Positions 59,097 to 64,000 of a stretch of 64,000 bases of DNA are shown piece after piece. The DNA lies in contig CACMYX010000005.1 of the NCBI GenBank assembly GCA_902618015.1, positions 719 through 64,718 on the forward strand, read 5' to 3'. The first letter of the stretch is position 1, and each line of letters begins with the position of its first letter. The DNA comes from an uncultured Alphaproteobacteria bacterium. Its GTDB lineage: Bacteria; Pseudomonadota; Alphaproteobacteria; HIMB59; GCA-002718135. The notes beneath the pieces are model-generated. The model was not told the DNA's origin and ran no database searches. It saw nothing but the letters and a program-made list of their open reading frames with translations. The translations under genes and the position numbers were made by a program.

Positions 59097-60192
59097 AGAT
59101 AACATTGAAGAAAGTTTATCTTCTATTGAAGAAATCATAGAAGATGTAAGAAATGGTAAAATGTATATTCTTGTTGATGATCCTGATAGAGAAAATGAAG
59201 GTGATTTAATCATTCCAGCTCAATATGTTAGCCCTCAAACTATTAATTTTATGGCAAAGCATGGCAGGGGATTAATTTGTTTAGCATTAACTAAGGATAG
59301 AATAGAAGAATTGGAACTTCCCTTAATGAACCCAAGTAATATAAAAAATGATTTAACTGCTTTTACTGTTTCGATTGAAGCAAAAGAAGGAGTTACAACT
59401 GGAATATCTGCAGCTGATAGAGCTCATACAATATCAGTAGCTGTAAATAATAATAGAAACAAGAATGATCTTGTTTATCCTGGACACGTTTTTCCTCTTA
59501 TGGCTTGGGATGGGGGTGTTTTAGTACGTGCTGGTCATACAGAGGCAGCAGTTGATATTTCAAAACTTGCAGATTTAAATCCTTCTGGCGTTATTTGTGA
59601 AATTATGAGCGAAGATGGATCTATGGCAAGATTACCAGAAATTATTAAGTTTGCAAAATTACATAATTTGAAAGTAGGAACGGTTAGTGATTTAATTAAG
59701 TTTAGACTTAAAAAAACTAAAATTGTCGAACAGATCTCCGAAAGGCCATTTGAAAGTGAGATGGGGTCACAATTTACTCTTAAAGTATTTCAAAATACTA
59801 TTTCTGGTGAAAAGCATTATGCTTTAGTAAAAAATCTTAAAGATGAAAAGCAGCCTGTTTTTGTTAGAATGCACCGATTGAATGTTACGAAGGATATATT
59901 TGAAGAAAAAAATATTTTTGGAAGTGAAATTAAGTCTGCTTTTCAGCTTATAGAGAAGAATGGATCAGGAGCTATAGTTTTAATAAATAGTGACATGTCA
60001 CCAAATATACTCAAAACTTTTAATAAAAGAAAAAGATCAAAAAATAAATTAGAATTAAGAGAATATGGCGTAGGTGCTCAGATTTTATCATTACTTCAAA
60101 TAAATAAAATTATATTATTAACAAATACTAAGAAAAGAATTATTGCCTTGGATGGATTTAATATTGAAATAGTTGATCAGAGAAAAATATGA
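59089..60192 (+). CDS. ribB: 3,4-dihydroxy-2-butanone-4-phosphate synthase fused to a degenerate GTP cyclohydrolase II-like domain (RibBX type)
   Basis: 367 aa. The RibB half is intact (DRENEGDLI, RAGHTEAAVD). The C-terminal half aligns to RibA but lacks the three zinc-binding Cys (VRMHRLNVTKDIFEEKNIFGSEI where VHSECLTGD...CDC is expected) and the QEGRGIG motif. Confidence 0.9.
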   Translation: MNKDNIEESLSSIEEIIEDVRNGKMYILVDDPDRENEGDLIIPAQYVSPQTINFMAKHGRGLICLALTKDRIEELELPLMNPSNIKNDLTAFTVSIEAKEGVTTGISAADRAHTISVAVNNNRNKNDLVYPGHVFPLMAWDGGVLVRAGHTEAAVDISKLADLNPSGVICEIMSEDGSMARLPEIIKFAKLHNLKVGTVSDLIKFRLKKTKIVEQISERPFESEMGSQFTLKVFQNTISGEKHYALVKNLKDEKQPVFVRMHRLNVTKDIFEEKNIFGSEIKSAFQLIEKNGSGAIVLINSDMSPNILKTFNKRKRSKNKLELREYGVGAQILSLLQINKIILLTNTKKRIIALDGFNIEIVDQRKI

Positions 60193-60590
60193 ATAATAAA
60201 ATTCTAATAATTTCCGCAAATTATTATAAAGAAATATCAAAAAACCTTGAATTGGGTGCAAGCAAAACACTTAAAGAAAATGGTTATGAGTATAAAATTA
60301 TTAATGCACCAGGTTGTTTTGAAATTCCCTATTTAATTAAAAAAAATATACACAATTTTAAAGGATTTATTTCTTTAGGATGTATCATTAAAGGTGACAC
60401 ATATCATTTCGAAGTTATTGCTAATGAAACTTCTAGAAAAATTATGGATCTATCTGTTGAGTTTAATGTTCCAATTGGTTTTGGTATCTTAACATGTTAT
60501 GATTTAGAGCAAGCAATAATAAGAAGTGATGTTAATCAAAAAAATAAAGGTCAAGAAGCTGCATTAGCTTGCATAGAGTTACTAAAATAA
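60189..60590 (+). CDS. ribH: 6,7-dimethyl-8-ribityllumazine synthase
   Basis: 133 aa (PGCFEIP, GCIIKGDTYHFE). It is shorter than typical RibH. Confidence 0.88.
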   Translation: MNNKILIISANYYKEISKNLELGASKTLKENGYEYKIINAPGCFEIPYLIKKNIHNFKGFISLGCIIKGDTYHFEVIANETSRKIMDLSVEFNVPIGFGILTCYDLEQAIIRSDVNQKNKGQEAALACIELLK

Positions 60591-60593
60591 AAA

Positions 60594-61064
60594 ATGCAAA
60601 ATTACATCAAGTCACAAACAAGACTTGCATTTGTGCAATATATTTTTCAGAATGAATTCATAAGTACAGATTCTTTAGAGAGTATTGAAGATTTTCAAAA
60701 GCATTTTTATGATACTAATATTGCGATAATTGATGAAAAAAAAGAATTTAAGCTTAAATTTAATAAAAATTTTTTAAATAAACTTTTTTCTAGTCTTAAA
60801 AATAATATTGATAAAAAAAATATCACTGAGGATTTAAATGATTATATTGATATTAATCGTAGATTTGAAAAATGGGATAACATTTTAAAATCATTAATAT
60901 TTGCAATTATTACTGAGTTAAAAATTACTGATAAAAATAAATTTAAAATTGTTCTTAATGACTATTTGAATATTAGTAAAAGTCTTGTGTCCCAAAAAGA
61001 AACTAAATTAATTAATGCTATAATTCAAAAATATATAGATAAAAATGAAATTGATAAAAAATAA
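60594..61064 (+). CDS. nusB: Transcription antitermination factor NusB
   Basis: 156 aa. The N-terminus (RLAFVQYIFQ) and the position in the ribH-nusB-thiL order support the call. The sequence is divergent. Confidence 0.78.
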   Translation: MQNYIKSQTRLAFVQYIFQNEFISTDSLESIEDFQKHFYDTNIAIIDEKKEFKLKFNKNFLNKLFSSLKNNIDKKNITEDLNDYIDINRRFEKWDNILKSLIFAIITELKITDKNKFKIVLNDYLNISKSLVSQKETKLINAIIQKYIDKNEIDKK

Positions 61065-62025
61065 TTTATCTGAAAAATTAATAATTAATAAATATTTAAA
61101 AAAATTAAATTTTAAAAATAAGGGAACATTTGATTTTGAAAATGATGGAGCCTATTTAGATTTAAATAATAAAAATTTAAAACTTACTGTCACTACTGAT
61201 AGTATTTCTGAAGATATAGATTTTTTCTCTAATGATGATCCTAAGTCAATAGCCCAGAAAATTACAACTATTAATTTATCTGACATTTTTGCTATGGGAG
61301 CTGTGCCGCATTCTTATCTTTTGAATTTGCATTTACCAAATCATATTAATGAAAATTGGTTAAACTCATTTTCAAATCAATTAAAGAAAATTCAAAATAA
61401 ATATGGATTTTATCTTTTGGGTGGTGATTTATCAAAATCAAATAAACTTATTGTTTCTTCAACTTTTTTTGGATCTATAAAAAAGAAATTAGAAATATTT
61501 CAAAATAAATTTAATTTATATGATGATATTTTAATAACTGGTAATATTGGCGAGTCAAAGATTGGTTTAGAAATTTTAAAAAAAAAAATTTCATCAAATA
61601 TAAATTTGAAGCAATATTTTACTAAAAAATATTTATATCCAATACCTTGTAAGCTTGGACCATTGATTGCAAATCATGTTAGTTCAATGAAAGATGTTTC
61701 TGATGGTCTAATTGGAGATTTAACTGATATGTTAAATGATAAATATGGTGCATTAATTAATGTAAATAAAATTCCATTAAGTTTTAAAACAAAAAAAATT
61801 CTCAATAATAAAAATAATATTAGATTAGAAGATCTTTTAAATGCTGGAGATGATTATGAACTGATAATCATCTCCAGTCAAAAAAATAGAAATAAAATTT
61901 TTAATATTGCTAATAAAAATAATATTAACGTTACTTTGATAGGAAAAATAATAAGTGAAAAAGGAATTCATTTCGATTCACATTTAGACATTAAGAATAT
62001 CAAGAAATTTGATCATTTCTCCTAA
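61045..62025 (+). CDS. thiL: Thiamine-monophosphate kinase
   Basis: 326 aa AIR-synthase-related fold (TTDSISEDIDF, NLSDIFAMGA, GGDLS, DVSDGL, GDDYELI). Confidence 0.87.
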   Translation: MKLIKNNLSEKLIINKYLKKLNFKNKGTFDFENDGAYLDLNNKNLKLTVTTDSISEDIDFFSNDDPKSIAQKITTINLSDIFAMGAVPHSYLLNLHLPNHINENWLNSFSNQLKKIQNKYGFYLLGGDLSKSNKLIVSSTFFGSIKKKLEIFQNKFNLYDDILITGNIGESKIGLEILKKKISSNINLKQYFTKKYLYPIPCKLGPLIANHVSSMKDVSDGLIGDLTDMLNDKYGALINVNKIPLSFKTKKILNNKNNIRLEDLLNAGDDYELIIISSQKNRNKIFNIANKNNINVTLIGKIISEKGIHFDSHLDIKNIKKFDHFS

Positions 62026-62082
62026 AAACTTGATTTTTTCTAAAGTTTCTGACATATCAGCCAAAATTTTAAGGAGTTTTCA

Positions 62083-64000
62083 ATGACAACACTGCAGATA
62101 TTAATTGTTTTATGCGGTCTAGCAGCCGTCCTTTATGGTCTAGTAACATCTAGACAAATTTTATCACTCGGTTCAGGAAATGATAAAATGAAAGAAATTG
62201 CTAGTGCAATTCAAGAAGGCGCTAGAGCTTATTTAAATAGACAGTATATGACAATCGCTATTGTGGGTGTTGTTATATTTGCTTTAATTTGGATAGTCTT
62301 TGATCTAGCATCAGGAATTGGTTTTTTAATTGGTGCATTTTTTTCAGGTGCAGCAGGTTATGTAGGCATGAATATATCTGTTAGATCAAATGTACGAACA
62401 ACTCATGCAGCAAGTAAGAGTCTTGCTGAGGGCTTATCTGTATCTTTTAAGGCAGGCGCAGTGACTGGAATGTTAGTTGCGGGATTTGCATTACTTTCAA
62501 TAGCAATTTTCTACTTTGTTCTGCATAATTCTGGCTCATTTCCAGGTAGGGAAATTGTAGCACCCTTAGTATCATTAGGATTTGGAGCTTCGTTAATTTC
62601 AATTTTTGCAAGATTAGGCGGTGGTATTTTTACAAAGGGCGCTGATGTAGGAGCAGACTTGGTCGGTAAAGTAGAAGCTGGTATTCCTGAAGATGATCCA
62701 AGAAATCCAGCTGTTATTGCAGACAATGTTGGTGATAATGTTGGTGATTGTGCGGGTATGGCTGCAGATCTTTTTGAAACTTATGTTGTAACAGTTGTAG
62801 CTACAATGGTTTTAGCTTCTATATTTTTTGTAGAAAATTCATATACAATGATGATATTCCCATTAGCTATTGCTGGAGTGTGTGCACTTACAAGTATTAT
62901 AGGAACTTATTTTGTAAGGCTGGGTAAAAATAATAATATTATGGCTGCACTATATAGAGGATTTGCAGTATCAGCCATCTTATCTGCAGTATTATTATAT
63001 TTTGTTACTGATTATATAGTTGGTTTAAATAATGTTTTAGTAGTTGAAGGAACATCTACACAATTCACAGGAATGTCACTTTTTATTTGTGGTTTACTTG
63101 GATTAATAATTACAGGCTTAATAATATGGGTAACTGAATATTACACAGGTACTAATTATAGACCTGTTCAAAGTATTGCTCAATCATCAACAACTGGTCA
63201 CGGTACCAATGTTATACAAGGTCTTGCAATTAGTTTAGAGGCAACTGCTTTACCTGCATTAATTATTGTTGCAGGAATTATTTCAACTTATTCTCTCGCT
63301 GGGTTATTTGGAATCGCTATTGCAGTTACTACTATGTTAGCTTTAGCCGGGATGGTAGTAGCATTAGATGCATATGGACCTGTTACAGATAATGCTGGAG
63401 GTATTGCAGAAATGTCAAATTTAGATGAAAATGTTAGAAAGACAACTGATGCGCTTGATGCAGTTGGTAATACAACTAAAGCTGTAACCAAAGGTTATGC
63501 CATTGGGTCAGCAGGGCTAGGAGCGCTTGTTCTATTTGCAGCCTATACTGAAGATCTTGATCATTTTGCTAAAGATCCAGGTAGTCCCCTGTATGGAATA
63601 GAAGTTTCGTTTGATTTATCTAACCCTTATGTAGTTGTTGGTTTATTATTAGGAGGATTATTACCTTTTTTATTTGGGGCTTTAAGCATGACCGCGGTTG
63701 GTAGAGCAGCTGGCTCCGTTGTTTTGGAAGTAAGAAGACAGTTTAAAGAAATCCCTGGCATAATGGAAGGTAAAGGAAAACCTGAGTATGGTACTTGTGT
63801 CGATATTCTTACAAAATCTGCAATTAAAGAAATGATAATACCTTCAATGCTACCAGTATTATCTCCAATAGTTGTTTATTTTGTAATTTTTTTTATTGCT
63901 GGTCAATCCGCAGCTTTATCATGTTTAGGAGCACTATTACTTGGAGTAATAATCACAGGCCTATTCGTTGCCATAAGCATGACTGCTGGAGGTGGAGCAT
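62083..64000 (+). CDS. hppA: Membrane-bound H+-translocating pyrophosphatase, K+-independent type (3' end beyond the window)
   Basis: The ATG at 62083 is preceded by AAGGAG (62071-76). My translation gives ...[56 protein letters not shown]... and [15 protein letters not shown]. The Lys in GNTTKA (codon at 63478-80) marks the K+-independent subfamily. The gene is not in the ORF track because no stop codon lies within the window. Confidence 0.95.
   Translation, partial: MTTLQILIVLCGLAAVLYGLVTSRQILSLGSGNDKMKEIASAIQEGARAYLNRQYMTIAIVGVVIFALIWIVFDLASGIGFLIGAFFSGAAGYVGMNISVRSNVRTTHAASKSLAEGLSVSFKAGAVTGMLVAGFALLSIAIFYFVLHNSGSFPGREIVAPLVSLGFGASLISIFARLGGGIFTKGADVGADLVGKVEAGIPEDDPRNPAVIADNVGDNVGDCAGMAADLFETYVVTVVATMVLASIFFVENSYTMMIFPLAIAGVCALTSIIGTYFVRLGKNNNIMAALYRGFAVSAILSAVLLYFVTDYIVGLNNVLVVEGTSTQFTGMSLFICGLLGLIITGLIIWVTEYYTGTNYRPVQSIAQSSTTGHGTNVIQGLAISLEATALPALIIVAGIISTYSLAGLFGIAIAVTTMLALAGMVVALDAYGPVTDNAGGIAEMSNLDENVRKTTDALDAVGNTTKAVTKGYAIGSAGLGALVLFAAYTEDLDHFAKDPGSPLYGIEVSFDLSNPYVVVGLLLGGLLPFLFGALSMTAVGRAAGSVVLEVRRQFKEIPGIMEGKGKPEYGTCVDILTKSAIKEMIIPSMLPVLSPIVVYFVIFFIAGQSAALSCLGALLLGVIITGLFVAISMTAGGGA

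Noticed and set aside
55208-62082. Riboswitches or leaders (FMN, TPP, glycine, THF) in front of the rpiB-glyA, nrdR-rib and thiL genes.
   Set aside because: The spacers are 0-51 nt or the genes overlap, which leaves too little room for any known riboswitch aptamer. No conserved aptamer-like stems are visible.
1-64000. CRISPR arrays, IS elements or transposases, restriction-modification, toxin-antitoxin or other defence modules, and rRNA or other large ncRNA genes.
   Set aside because: No spaced direct-repeat arrays, terminal inverted repeats or transposase/recombinase-length ORFs are present. All ORFs over 100 aa on the coding strands are accounted for, almost all by housekeeping or transport families. 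The only hypotheticals are the 75-aa and 114-aa ORFs. This was a visual scan only, so short degenerate repeats could have been missed.

Overview
This window looks like a very AT-rich (about 30% G+C by eye), extremely compact alphaproteobacterial chromosome segment in the style of SAR11/Pelagibacterales. That assignment rests on composition, gene compaction and alpha-type synteny. It is not a database match.

Nearly every base is coding. I count about 66 protein genes and one tRNA-Ser(GCU). Most gene junctions overlap by 1-26 nt or are separated by fewer than 60 nt.

The content is overwhelmingly core housekeeping:
- minus strand: gltX, lexA, and ppiD-trpEGDC-moaC
- plus strand: tpiA-secG-pyrG-kdsA-eno-ftsB-pdhABC-lipA
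- ispDF/pgpA/cinA, ntrYX-trkA, topA, plsY, pyrB, ruvX, gatCAB
- dapA-smpB-rpoZ-spoT-acpS-lepB-rnc-era-recO-parC
- a TRAP transporter, gcdH, rpiB-glyA-nrdR-ribD-ribE-ribBX-ribH-nusB-thiL
- a 3'-truncated H+-pyrophosphatase gene

The two edge genes (gltX at 1..189, minus strand; hppA at 62083..64000, plus strand) are missing from the supplied ORF track because they run off the window. I found them by direct translation.

I see no CRISPR array, IS element, intact prophage, reverse transcriptase, toxin-antitoxin pair or recognisable defence island. I cannot honestly nominate a convincing novel multi-gene system. The best second-look items are:
1. An in-frame 45-75 aa N-terminal extension on PyrB that resembles an integrase arm-binding domain, sitting next to helically phased ATGTGTMA repeats.
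2. A PepC (bleomycin-hydrolase-type) peptidase with a tightly abutting 75-aa ORF6C-like ORF downstream.
3. A DUF4198/HupE-UreJ putative metal-uptake pair whose divergent start codons physically overlap (CATCATG).
4. A repeat- and palindrome-rich spacer upstream of tRNA-Ser.
5. Alpha-type SOS boxes at lexA.
6. Degenerate domains in NtrX (AAA+) and RibBX (GTP cyclohydrolase II-like).

All functional calls come from reading motifs in the translated ORFs. No searches were run.
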